Below are positions 1 through 10,043 of a DNA stretch of 32,000 nt, in pieces. How positions within the stretch are numbered: the first letter of the stretch is position 1; each line of letters opens with the position of its first letter. Below the pieces are notes generated by a model. That model searched no databases and was not told the origin of the DNA. It saw nothing but the letters and a program-made list of their open reading frames with translations. Both the position numbers and the translations under genes were made by a program. The stretch is from NCBI RefSeq assembly GCF_000619845.1, contig NZ_KK211037.1:60001-92000 (forward strand), written 5' to 3'. The stretch comes from Alkanindiges illinoisensis DSM 15370 (GTDB lineage: Bacteria; Pseudomonadota; Gammaproteobacteria; Pseudomonadales; Moraxellaceae).

Positions 1-1791
1 AATCATGATCTCCTGTTTAGCCTGACCGTTACTGTCAGTAATGGCCTGCTTATACCAGTCAATTTCCAGCAATTGCTGTAAGCTGCTGGCGGCATTGTTC
101 AGGTCTTTTAAGGTTTCAAACAACGGCACCACGCGCAAGGGCCTTGGCATTTCAGCTTCTTTTTGCAGCAGCATTACTGCCAGTACATCACTGGGATATT
201 CCGCCATTGAAATTACGTAAGCCCCCAGTGAGTGATGCGGCTGACGGGCCAGCATGTCAAAGGTGGCCAGTACTTCCTGTACGTTATCCGACCAGCCACT
301 ATGCGATTGATCCACATGCAAACCATGCGGCAACAGCGGGCGCGGATTATTCAGTTCCTGCAACAAAAACTGCTGGCGTTTCGCTTCATCCCAGTCCAGA
401 TACGAGCCGAGTTTTAAATATTCGGTAATGGCATTGAGCGCTTCACGATGGCGGCCGGATTCCTGCCGCACATCCAGCTTAAGCAATTCAATGCCAAAGC
501 AGGCCACCCGGCGGATCAAATCCAGCAGCTCGCCATTGGCGACATCCTGCATGTTGCAATCCACCAGCGACTGGTAGCACAGCAGCAGCGGCTGCATCAG
601 TTCATCGGTATTATGGTAAACCGCGCTGCGATCAATGGCTGAGCTATTGCTGGACGGATCAGAAAAACTACTGTTTGTACCCTGATCTACACGCTGATCT
701 GCACCGCGAATCTGGGCATGCAGCCAGTTGCGGGTATGTTCCAGCCGGGTGCGAACTGTGCGCAAAATATCACGGTAGGGTTCACGGGAACGTTCACCCA
801 CCACCTCACGTAAGGCTGCATTGCAGTCTTCCATTGATAAATCCCAGCGCAGGGCATCGACATCGCGCCAGTACAAATCAGCGGCCTGCCAACGTGCCAG
901 TAGCAGGACTTCCTGCGTCACCTGATGGGTCACATTGGGGTTGCCATCGCGGTCACCACCCATCCATGAAGCAAACCGCACTGGGGCATGAGTGAGCGGC
1001 AAATGCCTGCCCGTGTGTTGCAATACCACTGCATCCAGTTCACGCATAAACTGCGGAATGCTAAACCACAGGGTTTGTTCAATCGCAGTAAAGCCCCATT
1101 TGGCTTCATCCACGGGGGTGGGTTTGTGACTGCGGATTTCATCAGTGTGCCACGCTGCAATAATCTGGCGCTTAAGCCGATCTAGCACCGCCTGTTTTTC
1201 CTGCACGGTTAACTGTTGCTGATCCAGAATTTGCAGGCATTCGGCAATCTCATCATATTTTTGAATCAGGGTACGGCGGCTGATTTCAGTGGGATGCGCG
1301 GTCAGCACCAGTTCAATATCCAGTTCCAGCACGGTTTGCCATAGCTGGTCGGGCGTACAATTGGCCGCCAGCAAACGTGGAATCAGCTCTTGTAGTGACC
1401 CGGCCTGCGGTGGTGTGCCTTCACGGCTTTGCCAGTCACGGCGGCGGCGCACCCGGTGATACTGCTCGGCAATGTTGGCAAAGTTTAAAAACTGGGTAAA
1501 TGCCCGCGCCACTGGCAACAGTTCCTGTTCAGTTAAATTGGACAGCACGGCATCAAGCTGGTTTTTGGCTTGTTCATCACCATCGCGGGTTTGCTTGGCC
1601 AGATGCCGGATTTGTTCGACTTTTTCAAATAATGCCTGCCCAACCTGCTGCTTGAGGGTATCACCCAGCAAATTACCCAGCAGGCGCACATCATCACGCA
1701 GGGGCGCGTGCGGATCGGTTTGCTCACCAGATTGTGGGTTGGCGCTGATTTGACTAGCGTGGAAATCAGCAGGGTCATTGGCGTTAAACAT
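1..1791 (-). CDS. ppc: Phosphoenolpyruvate carboxylase, N-terminal ~597 codons. The 3' end lies beyond the left edge of the window.
   Basis: Hand translation of the minus strand from the ATG at 1791-1789 gives MFNANDPADFHASQ...LRDDVRLLGNLLGDTLKQQVG...ELLPVARAFTQFLNFANIAEQYHRVRRRR...LVLTAHPTEISRRTL. This stays open to position 1. These are hallmark Ppc N-terminal motifs. The gene is not in the ORF track because its stop codon is off-window, and the small ORFs listed at 144-1805 are shadows of it. Confidence 0.93.
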   Translation of the reverse strand, partial: MFNANDPADFHASQISANPQSGEQTDPHAPLRDDVRLLGNLLGDTLKQQVGQALFEKVEQIRHLAKQTRDGDEQAKNQLDAVLSNLTEQELLPVARAFTQFLNFANIAEQYHRVRRRRDWQSREGTPPQAGSLQELIPRLLAANCTPDQLWQTVLELDIELVLTAHPTEISRRTLIQKYDEIAECLQILDQQQLTVQEKQAVLDRLKRQIIAAWHTDEIRSHKPTPVDEAKWGFTAIEQTLWFSIPQFMRELDAVVLQHTGRHLPLTHAPVRFASWMGGDRDGNPNVTHQVTQEVLLLARWQAADLYWRDVDALRWDLSMEDCNAALREVVGERSREPYRDILRTVRTRLEHTRNWLHAQIRGADQRVDQGTNSSFSDPSSNSSAIDRSAVYHNTDELMQPLLLCYQSLVDCNMQDVANGELLDLIRRVACFGIELLKLDVRQESGRHREALNAITEYLKLGSYLDWDEAKRQQFLLQELNNPRPLLPHGLHVDQSHSGWSDNVQEVLATFDMLARQPHHSLGAYVISMAEYPSDVLAVMLLQKEAEMPRPLRVVPLFETLKDLNNAASSLQQLLEIDWYKQAITDSNGQAKQEIMI

Positions 1792-1813
1792 AAGCACTCC
1801 GGCAATCAGAACT

Positions 1814-1843
1814 TTCAAACCACTTTGACGCATCTGGTTTGAA
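1814..1843. promoter_or_regulatory. 9-bp perfect inverted repeat (TTCAAACCA-N12-TGGTTTGAA) just upstream of the ppc start codon
   Basis: Read directly from the sequence. It sits 23-52 nt upstream of the ppc ATG on the minus strand, so it could be a 5'-UTR hairpin or an operator. Its function is unknown. Confidence 0.3.
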
Positions 1844-1984
1844 TATATGCCAGTTTTAGGCCAGCTTAAGTTTTTAATTGCAAATTATTTTTACCAGCAC
1901 GGCCACCTGTCACTATCCGGCATGATCAGTAGCCAGTTTTCCAACAGGCTTGTTTTTTAAAGCCCATAAGCCAAATTTAATTTT

Positions 1985-2047
1985 TAGAGTAATTACTCTA
2001 GATTTTAAGCATGAATTGGATTATTTTAAATTAGAGCAATTACTCTA
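1985..2047. promoter_or_regulatory. Two copies of a 16-bp palindrome (TAGAGTAATTACTCTA at 1985-2000; TAGAGCAATTACTCTA at 2032-2047). Candidate tandem operators.
   Basis: The first copy is a perfect self-complementary 16-mer. The second differs at one base. The start positions are 47 bp apart, and copy 2 ends 19 nt before the GTG at 2066. Confidence 0.5.
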
Positions 2048-2065
2048 ATTAATGGATGACACATC

Positions 2066-2848
2066 GTGAATAACAACAAAGAAACTACCATGCACAATGC
2101 TGCGCCACTGGGCAGCTACTTATGGACAAGATCCAGCAATGGTCGCTTAAGCTTAAAGGAAAAACAGGCATTAATTCGTCGTGCCTTGCTCCCCAGCATG
2201 ACGCATTTTTTAACAACAATGCTGCATCTGGATCAGCCCAAAGTTGACCTGACCCTACAAAACATTGAGGTGCCAGATAACCGTTTTATCAGGGAAGCCA
2301 TCCGTGAGCTGGAAGGTTGTGCCACGCCCGCACTTATTGGTCATTCATGGCGTACTTATTATTGGGGTGCGGCGCTGGGCCAGATTGAACAGCTTGGCTT
2401 TGATCCTGAAAGCCTGCTGATTGGCTGCCTATTCCATGACTTGGGCCTGACTGATGCGCATGCCGGGCAAAACTGTGGTTGTTTTACTCTCGCCAGTGCG
2501 CAAGCTGCAAAAACATGGAGCCAGAACGTCAATTATCCGGCAGAAAAAGCTGATGCAGTGGCAGACATGATTTGCCTGCACATGAATGCACATCTGGATG
2601 AACATGACAGTGTAGAAAGCCGCTTACTGCAACAGGGTGCCGCTTGTGATGTGATTGGTGCGCGGTTTTATCAATTGAACAAAACGTATCGGCAAGATGT
2701 ATTGAGCCACTATCCCCGGCAGGGCTTTAACCAGCAATTTAGCCAACTGATTGCACAGGAAGCAGCACGCAATCCGCATTCCCGTGCAGCATTGCTCAAG
2801 CAATTGGGCTTACCAGTGATGATCCGGCTTAATCCATTTAATGAATAA
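2066..2848 (+). CDS. HD-domain (metal-dependent phosphohydrolase superfamily) protein
   Basis: 260-aa ORF with H...HD signature residues (IGHSW ... LFHDLGLTD ... CLHMNAH). The GTG start is uncertain, and an in-frame ATG at 2090 is an alternative. Confidence 0.75.
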   Translation: MNNNKETTMHNAAPLGSYLWTRSSNGRLSLKEKQALIRRALLPSMTHFLTTMLHLDQPKVDLTLQNIEVPDNRFIREAIRELEGCATPALIGHSWRTYYWGAALGQIEQLGFDPESLLIGCLFHDLGLTDAHAGQNCGCFTLASAQAAKTWSQNVNYPAEKADAVADMICLHMNAHLDEHDSVESRLLQQGAACDVIGARFYQLNKTYRQDVLSHYPRQGFNQQFSQLIAQEAARNPHSRAALLKQLGLPVMIRLNPFNE

Positions 2849-2875
2849 ACGCTTAACAACTACAATAAGTGATGG

Positions 2876-3514
2876 CTAGCAACGATAAGCCCGCACAAAA
2901 AAGGCAATATTGTCCTGTGCCAGTCGTTGCTGCTGCTGTTCACTAGGTGCAGCTTCAATATCAAACAGCACACGCATGTGACGATGCCCACAAAACAGGC
3001 TTAAAAAATGCTCGGCGGCTTGCAGACTGTTGGCAATGCTTAGCTTGCGCTGCGCATGGGCCTGTTCCAGCAAGCGGGTCATGTGGCTGAGCACCCGCGT
3101 TGGCCCGGCGGCAAAAAACTTGTGCACCAGCTTGGGGTTATGCTGGGTCATGCTACACATCAGGCGATGCAGTTCCAGCCCTTCCTTGCTGTAAATAATG
3201 GACTGGAAACGCAGGGCAATGCGCTTGAGTGCTATTTCAATCGCCATGTCGGGTTTTAAATCAAAATCCAGTGCGGGCAACTGGTTTTCACAGTGATTTT
3301 CCACCGCAGCAATAAACAGGGTTTCCTTGTCATTAAAGTGGTTATACACCGTGAGCTTGGATACTCCGGCTGCCAAGGCAATGCTATCCATGCTGCTGCC
3401 TTCATAGCCCAGTTCCAGAAACAGGCATTTGGCAGCATCCAGAATGGATTGCCGTTTGGCCATATCCTTTGGCCGGCCCGGCGTGGCCGTGTGACGTAAA
3501 TCGCTCATGCGCAA
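2876..3514 (-). CDS. TetR/AcrR-family transcriptional regulator
   Basis: N-terminal TetR HTH (RQSILDAAKCLFLELGYEGSSMDSIALAAGVSKLTVYNHFNDKETLF). It is divergent from the efflux operon. The shared intergenic region carries a direct repeat, TGTACCTGATT (3548-3558) and TGTACTGATT (3575-3584), which may be its operator (weak evidence). Confidence 0.9.
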   Translation of the reverse strand: MRMSDLRHTATPGRPKDMAKRQSILDAAKCLFLELGYEGSSMDSIALAAGVSKLTVYNHFNDKETLFIAAVENHCENQLPALDFDLKPDMAIEIALKRIALRFQSIIYSKEGLELHRLMCSMTQHNPKLVHKFFAAGPTRVLSHMTRLLEQAHAQRKLSIANSLQAAEHFLSLFCGHRHMRVLFDIEAAPSEQQQQRLAQDNIAFFVRAYRC

Positions 3515-3629
3515 CAGCTTGTCTAACCTGACGTAGATTGAATCAATTGTACCTGATTTATGCCCTAAAATTACTGTACTGATTGGTTTACTTTATTTTA
3601 TAAACTCATTAGTATAAAAATTAGCAAAA

Positions 3630-4853
3630 TTGACAAAAGAATACGAAAACATGAGTGACCACATCAAATTTGGGGCGATGAATCACACTGGGGAACGGCC
3701 GGTGCGCCGTTTGGGAGCACATCTGCTGATCATGTTGGCAATGGCTTTGGCTGCCGGGCTTAGTGCTTGCCAGAAAGCCGATCCACCACCAGCACCCTTA
3801 CGTGCCGTGATGGTGGCGCAACCGTTGAGCAGCAATAGTAGCCAAAGCAGCTATTCCGGTGAAGTCCGGGCGCGGCAGGAAGCAGACTTGTCATTCCGTG
3901 TGGCTGGCAAGGTCACCCAGCGGCTGGTGGAAGTGGGTGACCGGGTGCGCAGCGGGCAGGCACTGGCCGTGCTCGACCCGACTGATGCCAACCTGCAACT
4001 GGGTGCGGCACGCGCGCAACTGGACAGCGCGTTATCTGTTGAGCGTACGGCCAAGGGCGAACTGGAACGCTATCGCCAGTTGCTGCCTGCCAATGCCATT
4101 AGCCGCTCGCAGTTTGACCAGATTGAAAACCAGTATAAAACCGCGCGCAGCAATGTGCAGCAGGCGCAGGCCAATTTAAATGTGGTGAGCAATCAGGCCA
4201 GTTATTCCACTTTATATGCCAATAAAAGCGGTGTGGTGGTGAGCCGCAGCATTGAAACTGGACAGGTGGTAAGTGCCGGGCAACCCGTCTACCGTCTGGC
4301 GCTGGATGGCGAACGTGAAGTACTGATTGGCGTGCCGGAACAAATGATTGAGCAGTTTAAGCCACGCCAGCCGGTGCAGGTGTCGTTATGGTCAAATCCA
4401 CAGCAATTGCTCTCCGCCTATGTGCGTGAAATTTCCCCCGCTGCCGATGCCTCGCGTACCTTTGCGGTACGGGTGGCGTTTGCCAACGCAGGCGCACCCG
4501 TCAAAATTGGCCAGAGCGCACGCGTTTTTGTGACTACCAGCAGCAGTAGCCCGGCCTTGGCTGTACCACTGGCAGCAGTCACGGCCGAGCAGCAGCAAAG
4601 CTATGTGTTGGTGGTCAATCCCGCCAATTCGACCCTGATGAAAAAACCAGTACGCATTGATGCTTATGGCCGTGACAGTGTGCCGGTGCTGGCTGGTTTA
4701 AGCCCACAGGATTGGTTGGTAATTGGCGGCGTGCATTTGTTACAGCCGGGCCAGAAAGTTCGTGCCGTGAATCGCGACAACCAACCTGTGTTTCAACAAA
4801 ATGCTCAGTCAATGCCTCAGACTGCATCATCAATTACGGCCAAAAAGGACTAG
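3630..4853 (+). CDS. RND efflux periplasmic adaptor (membrane fusion protein), lipoprotein
   Basis: 407-aa ORF with a lipobox (LAAGLSAC) and the coiled-coil and beta-barrel pattern typical of the HlyD/AcrA family (SFRVAGKVTQRLVEVGDRVRSGQALAVLDP). The TTG at 3630 is doubtful, and the ATG at 3651 is more likely. The stop lies 3 nt before the pump gene. Confidence 0.9.
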   Translation: MTKEYENMSDHIKFGAMNHTGERPVRRLGAHLLIMLAMALAAGLSACQKADPPPAPLRAVMVAQPLSSNSSQSSYSGEVRARQEADLSFRVAGKVTQRLVEVGDRVRSGQALAVLDPTDANLQLGAARAQLDSALSVERTAKGELERYRQLLPANAISRSQFDQIENQYKTARSNVQQAQANLNVVSNQASYSTLYANKSGVVVSRSIETGQVVSAGQPVYRLALDGEREVLIGVPEQMIEQFKPRQPVQVSLWSNPQQLLSAYVREISPAADASRTFAVRVAFANAGAPVKIGQSARVFVTTSSSSPALAVPLAAVTAEQQQSYVLVVNPANSTLMKKPVRIDAYGRDSVPVLAGLSPQDWLVIGGVHLLQPGQKVRAVNRDNQPVFQQNAQSMPQTASSITAKKD

Positions 4854-4856
4854 ATC

Positions 4857-7800
4857 ATGCGTTTTAATCTGTCCGAATGGGCCTTAAACAACCGGGCCTT
4901 AGTGCTGTTTTTTATGATCCTGCTGGCCCTAATTGGTTTTGCGTCGTACAGCAAGCTGGGGCAAAGTGAAGACCCGCCCTTTACCTTTAAGGTAATGGTG
5001 ATCCAAACCTACTGGCCGGGTGCCACAGCCGAGCAAGTGTCCTTGCAGGTCACTGACCGCATTGAAAAAAAGCTGATGGAAACCGGTGAATACGACAAGA
5101 TTATTGCCTATTCACGCCCCGGCGAGTCCATGATTACCTTTATGGCGCGTGATTCCATGCGCTCCAGGGACATTCCTGACCTGTGGTATAACGTGCGCAA
5201 AAAGGTGGGTGACATCAAGCAAACCCTGCCGGTGGGCGTGCAGGGGCCATTCTTTAACGATGAATTTGGCGATACCTTTGGCAATATTTATGTGCTCACC
5301 GGTAAGGATTTTGACTATGCCGTGCTTAAGGAATATGCCGACCGCGTGCAATTGCAACTGCAACGCGTTAAGGATGTCGGCAAGGTTGACCTGATTGGTT
5401 TGCAGGATGAAAAAATCTGGATTGAGCTGTCCAACACCAAGGCCGTCAGTCTGGGCTTGCCCTTAAGTGCGGTGCAGCAGGCACTGGAAGCCCAAAACGC
5501 AATTGTGCCCGCCGGGTATTTTGAAACGCCAACTGATCGAATTCAACTGCGGGTAAGTGGCCAGTTCAAGTCGCTCGATGACATTAAAAACATGCCAATT
5601 TATGTGGCAGGTCGCACTATTCGTCTGATTGACGTGGCCGATGTGTACCGCGGTTTTAGCGAACCGGCACAGCCACGCATGCGCTTTATGGGCGACAATG
5701 GTATTGGTATTGCAGTGGCCATGAAAAAGGGTGGCGATATTCTGGCACTGGGCCAAAATCTGGAAACTGAGTTTGCCCGCTTGCAGGACACCTTGCCGGC
5801 TGGCATGACCTTAAGCAAGGTATCCGACCAGCCTGCCGCGGTAAAGGAAAGCGTGGGCGAATTTGTGCGGGTGCTGGCCGAAGCAGTGATTATCGTTCTG
5901 ATTGTCAGCTTTTTTTCCCTGGGATTTCGCACCGGACTGGTGGTGGCATTTTCCATTCCGCTGGTACTGGCCATGACCTTTGCCGTCATGAATTATTTTG
6001 ATGTGGGCCTGCACAAGATCTCCCTGGGCGCGCTGGTACTGGCGCTGGGCCTGCTGGTAGATGATGCCATTATTGCAGTGGAAATGATGGCGATTAAAAT
6101 GGAGCAGGGCTTTAGCCGTCTTAAGGCTGCCGGGTTTATGTGGCAAAGCACGGCGTTTCCCATGCTGACCGGAACGCTGATTACTGCGGCGGGTTTCCTG
6201 CCCATTGCAACGGCACAGTCTGGCACCGGAGAATATACCCGTTCGATTTTTGAAGTGGTAACCATTGCCTTGCTGGTCTCGTGGGTGGCTGCCGTGATGT
6301 TTGTGCCCTATTTAGGTGACAAGCTGCTGCCTGATTTGAGTCAAATGCAGCATCAGGCGCCGTGGTATCAGCGCTTATGGTTAAGGTTTAAACACAAAAA
6401 GCAGTCTTCTGTGTCTACCTCAATCCCAGCAGACCAAGTGATTAATCAATCGGCCACTGCGATAGAGCACGACCCGCATGACCCCTACGCTACCCGTTTT
6501 TACCAGCAGTTCCGCCGTCTGGTGCAATGGTGCGTGCGTTACCGTAAAACCGTCATTGGCATTACCGTAGCGGCCTTTATCGGCTCAATCATGCTGTTTG
6601 GGCTGGTGCAGCAGCAGTTTTTCCCGCCCTCCAACCGGCTGGAAATCATGGTGGATTTAAAGCTGGCCGAAGGGGCGTCTTTAAAAGCTACAGAAGCACA
6701 GGTGGCGCGTCTTGAAAAAATGCTCAAAAGCCATCCGGGTATTGAAAATTATGTGGCGTATGTCGGCACCGGTTCACCACGCTTTTATTTGCCGCTAGAC
6801 CAGCAGTTGCCACAGGCCAGCTTTGCCCAGTTTGTGGTGCTGGCCAAAACCATTGAAGACCGCGATGCCTTGCGCCAGTGGCTGATCAAAACCTTAAATG
6901 AACAGTTCCCTGAAGTGCGCAATCGGGTGTCTTTGCTGGAAAATGGCCCACCTGTCGGCTATCCGGTACAGTTCCGCGTGTCCGGTGAAGACATGCAGCA
7001 GGTACGCCAGATTGCACGTCAGGTGGCGGCCAAAATTGGTGAAAATCCTAATGTTACTAATGTGCATCTGGACTGGCAGGAACCCAGCAAGATCATTTAT
7101 TTGGACATTGATCAGGATCGCGCGCGGGCACTGGGCGTGGATAGCAGTACGCTGGCGCAGTTTTTACAAAGTTCCATTAGCGGCATGGACATTAGCCAAT
7201 ACCGCGAAAAACGCGAGCTAATTCAAATCCGCATCCGTGGTGCCGAAAGTGAGCGGGCGCAAGTGGAATCACTGGCCAGTCTGGCTGTGCCTAGTAGCAA
7301 TGGCGGCAGCGTGCCACTGGCGCAAATTGCTAACCTGCGCTATGGCTTTGAGGAAGGCATTATCTGGCATCGCAACCGTTTGCCCACCGTGACCGTGCGT
7401 GCGGATATTCGCACCAATGAACAACCCGTGACACTGGTCAACCAGATTTCACCCACGCTGAATAGCATTCGCCAAAACTTGCCCAGTGGCTACCTGTTGG
7501 ATGTTGGTGGAACGGTTGAAGACTCTGCACGTGGCCAGGCTTCAGTGAATGCTGGCATGCCATTATTTTTGGTGGTGGTGATGACCTTGCTGATGCTGCA
7601 ATTGCGCAGTATGTCGCGCACGCTGATTGTGATGCTTACTGCGCCGCTGGGCCTGATTGGCGTGGTGCTGTTTTTGCTGTTACTGAACAAGCCGTTTGGC
7701 TTCGTGGCCATGCTGGGCACCATTGCACTGTCCGGCATGATCATGCGCAACTCGCTTATCCTGATTGATCAGATTGAGCAGGACATCAGCAGTGGTCTGA

Positions 7801-8027
7801 GTCCGTGGAAGGCCATTACCGAAGCAACCGTGCGCCGTTTTCGGCCCATTGTGCTCACGGCACTGGCAGCGGTGCTGGCCATGATTCCACTATCACGCAG
7901 CATTTTTTTTGGGCCAATGGCAGTGGCCATTATGGGCGGATTAATTGTCGCCACCGCATTAACCCTGTTGTTTTTACCTGCACTTTATGCCGCGTGGTTT
8001 AAGGTCAAACCGCCTCAAGTCAGCTGA
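4857..8027 (+). CDS. RND efflux transporter permease (AcrB/AcrD/AcrF family)
   Basis: 1056-aa ORF with 12-TM RND architecture and two large periplasmic loops. The N-terminus (MRFNLSEWALNNRALVLFFMILLALIGFASYSKLGQSEDPPFTFK) is typical of the family. Confidence 0.95.
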   Translation: MRFNLSEWALNNRALVLFFMILLALIGFASYSKLGQSEDPPFTFKVMVIQTYWPGATAEQVSLQVTDRIEKKLMETGEYDKIIAYSRPGESMITFMARDSMRSRDIPDLWYNVRKKVGDIKQTLPVGVQGPFFNDEFGDTFGNIYVLTGKDFDYAVLKEYADRVQLQLQRVKDVGKVDLIGLQDEKIWIELSNTKAVSLGLPLSAVQQALEAQNAIVPAGYFETPTDRIQLRVSGQFKSLDDIKNMPIYVAGRTIRLIDVADVYRGFSEPAQPRMRFMGDNGIGIAVAMKKGGDILALGQNLETEFARLQDTLPAGMTLSKVSDQPAAVKESVGEFVRVLAEAVIIVLIVSFFSLGFRTGLVVAFSIPLVLAMTFAVMNYFDVGLHKISLGALVLALGLLVDDAIIAVEMMAIKMEQGFSRLKAAGFMWQSTAFPMLTGTLITAAGFLPIATAQSGTGEYTRSIFEVVTIALLVSWVAAVMFVPYLGDKLLPDLSQMQHQAPWYQRLWLRFKHKKQSSVSTSIPADQVINQSATAIEHDPHDPYATRFYQQFRRLVQWCVRYRKTVIGITVAAFIGSIMLFGLVQQQFFPPSNRLEIMVDLKLAEGASLKATEAQVARLEKMLKSHPGIENYVAYVGTGSPRFYLPLDQQLPQASFAQFVVLAKTIEDRDALRQWLIKTLNEQFPEVRNRVSLLENGPPVGYPVQFRVSGEDMQQVRQIARQVAAKIGENPNVTNVHLDWQEPSKIIYLDIDQDRARALGVDSSTLAQFLQSSISGMDISQYREKRELIQIRIRGAESERAQVESLASLAVPSSNGGSVPLAQIANLRYGFEEGIIWHRNRLPTVTVRADIRTNEQPVTLVNQISPTLNSIRQNLPSGYLLDVGGTVEDSARGQASVNAGMPLFLVVVMTLLMLQLRSMSRTLIVMLTAPLGLIGVVLFLLLLNKPFGFVAMLGTIALSGMIMRNSLILIDQIEQDISSGLSPWKAITEATVRRFRPIVLTALAAVLAMIPLSRSIFFGPMAVAIMGGLIVATALTLLFLPALYAAWFKVKPPQVS

Positions 8028-8132
8028 TCTGGCCACAGGATGAAGATCAGGCAATGGCCATAAACCAGTTGAAATAGAGGGCAAGCTTATGGCAAAACAC
8101 CTGATCATACAGCACAGTGTAGGAAAAAACTG

Positions 8133-8549
8133 ATGACAGACTCATTGAACCGGTTTGTGGAAGCGCAGGATGCCAGCTATGAAACGGCCCTGCGTGAAAT
8201 CCAAAATGGGCGCAAGCAATCGCACTGGATGTGGTTTATCTTTCCGCAATTACGCGGCCTTGGCCACAGCCCCACGTCGGTTCACTTTGGCATTCGTGAC
8301 CGCGCCGAGGCACAGGACTATCTTAACCACCCTGTACTCGGCCCCCGCTTGCAACAAATCACTAACGTCGTGCTTGATTCAGACCAGTCGGTACTTTCCC
8401 TGTTTGGCAGTATTGATGCATTAAAGTTTTCATCCTGTATGACCTTGTTTGCCGCCATCACAGATGAAAACTCAGTATTTGCCAAGGCACTGTCACGCAT
8501 CACCCCCACCGATCAAAAAACCTTGAAAATGCTTAACCTTACAGACTAA
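8133..8549 (+). CDS. DUF1810-family protein
   Basis: 138 aa. FVEAQDASYETALREIQNGRKQSHWMWFIFPQLRGLGHSPTS matches my memory of the conserved DUF1810 core. Confidence 0.8.
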   Translation: MTDSLNRFVEAQDASYETALREIQNGRKQSHWMWFIFPQLRGLGHSPTSVHFGIRDRAEAQDYLNHPVLGPRLQQITNVVLDSDQSVLSLFGSIDALKFSSCMTLFAAITDENSVFAKALSRITPTDQKTLKMLNLTD

Positions 8550-8767
8550 TTAAAGACAAGCCAAAGCACCGCAGGTTTATTTTTAAATGCCACCTGATGC
8601 AATAAGTAGTTTTGTTATACTCAGCTGCTGACATGGCCTACACATGGCTATCAGGGAAAAGTACGAAATAGCCAGTAGATAATTTTGCCCAGTTTACTAT
8701 CTGGATTTTACGTTTTTTGTAATAATCAGATGTTGGGCTAAAAATACCGGGGTGGAAAAGGAACAGC

Positions 8768-9139
8768 ATGGCAGCGCGACCAGCATTTTCACAGCAGCAG
8801 TGGGTAGGGATCAATTATGGCCTGATGTTACTGTCGCTACTTTTAGGGGTTGGCGTACTGATTGCGCTATGGAGCAGTCATCACTTTTTAAACCAGAGTC
8901 AGGATGTCTGGTTGCGCTCCCATCATTTGTGGATCATGCGCAGTTGTGTGGGCCTACTGGGTTTATTGCTCATCAATAGCCTGTTTTTTATTCCCTTGTT
9001 TTGGCTGCCCGTGACGCAGGGCATTGGCTATTATTGTTGGCTGGCTGGGGTAGGGTTTGCTGCCTTAATCTGGCTATGGTTTTTGTATCGTAGCGTTAAA
9101 GGATTACAGGCATTTATAAAAGCTAAATCGGTGTATTGA
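8768..9139 (+). CDS. Small integral membrane protein, function unknown
   Basis: 123 aa with 3-4 hydrophobic segments. A GGAAAAGGAA purine tract lies upstream of the ATG. I do not recognise the family. Confidence 0.55.
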   Translation: MAARPAFSQQQWVGINYGLMLLSLLLGVGVLIALWSSHHFLNQSQDVWLRSHHLWIMRSCVGLLGLLLINSLFFIPLFWLPVTQGIGYYCWLAGVGFAALIWLWFLYRSVKGLQAFIKAKSVY

Positions 9140-9250
9140 TGGTGGAGCAAAGATGGGATTGAAATTTCAGTAAAATATTTGGATTTAGTTTGTACCACTG
9201 AATATTATAACTCCAATAAACTAATTCTTAAGAGTTTTTAGGGAAGTGTA

Positions 9251-9967
9251 ATGAGTATAGAAAAATTTCAATTTCCATCACGAGGTTTTCACATAGTTGC
9301 GACGAAAGTTGGTGAAGCAGATTACTTTCTTGAAAAATTAAAAGAGGTACAAGGTCATTACGATGAATTTTCTTATATTTTGAGCGCTTTTGTTTCAGCC
9401 TCAAGAAGTATCACTTTTGCACTTCAATCTGTTATGACTAAATATCCTGAATTTGATGAGTGGTATATCACTCATCAAGAAAAACTCAAAGCCAATGGCC
9501 TTGCAAAGTATTTTGTAAGCCTTCGTAATTATATGCAAAAGGTTGGTCAAGTCCCAGTGGGTCATACTGGAACAATAAGAAATGGTAAGATTGAATATTT
9601 TTCCTTTTTTATAGATATAGATGACTTAAAAAATGCCCCAAATGGAGAGGTGATCAATCTAGCTGAAGATTATTTTGTTGAAGTTTTGAGAGTTGTCGAA
9701 AGTTGCTATAGGGATTTTTGGGTATATACTGATCCACGTGCGATCTTTACTGAGGACGGCCTAAAATTGCTTGGCTGGGTTATAGAGGATATTGAGGAGG
9801 CCGTTGGCCTCCCTAGAGGATATACTGATATTCCTTATGATAATGAAGACAAGAATTTACAAAGATTACGGCTTTTGGCTCGTGAGTTTCAAGGTGACGA
9901 GATGATGGAGCAGTACTTTATGAAATATGAATTACAGTTGAATCTTAATAAAAATTATAATTCCTAA
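9251..9967 (+). CDS. Hypothetical cytoplasmic protein (orphan) in an AT-rich islet
   Basis: 238-aa uninterrupted ORF with an AGGGAAG Shine-Dalgarno 5 nt upstream. Local GC is about 33-36% by eye, against about 50% in the flanking DNA. It has no signal peptide, no TM segment and no motif I recognise. Confidence 0.6.
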   Translation: MSIEKFQFPSRGFHIVATKVGEADYFLEKLKEVQGHYDEFSYILSAFVSASRSITFALQSVMTKYPEFDEWYITHQEKLKANGLAKYFVSLRNYMQKVGQVPVGHTGTIRNGKIEYFSFFIDIDDLKNAPNGEVINLAEDYFVEVLRVVESCYRDFWVYTDPRAIFTEDGLKLLGWVIEDIEEAVGLPRGYTDIPYDNEDKNLQRLRLLAREFQGDEMMEQYFMKYELQLNLNKNYNS

Positions 9968-10043
9968 TTTAAATATACTTATATGTTTGTTGGTAAATAT
10001 GATGACAAGCTATCTAAAATTTGGGAGTAGTTAAGAAACCAGT

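Noticed and set aside
144-1805. Eight small ORFs of 60-106 aa listed in the track across the left 1.8 kb
   Set aside because: All lie within, or antisense to, the continuous minus-strand ppc reading frame, which has unmistakable Ppc motifs. They are shadow ORFs.
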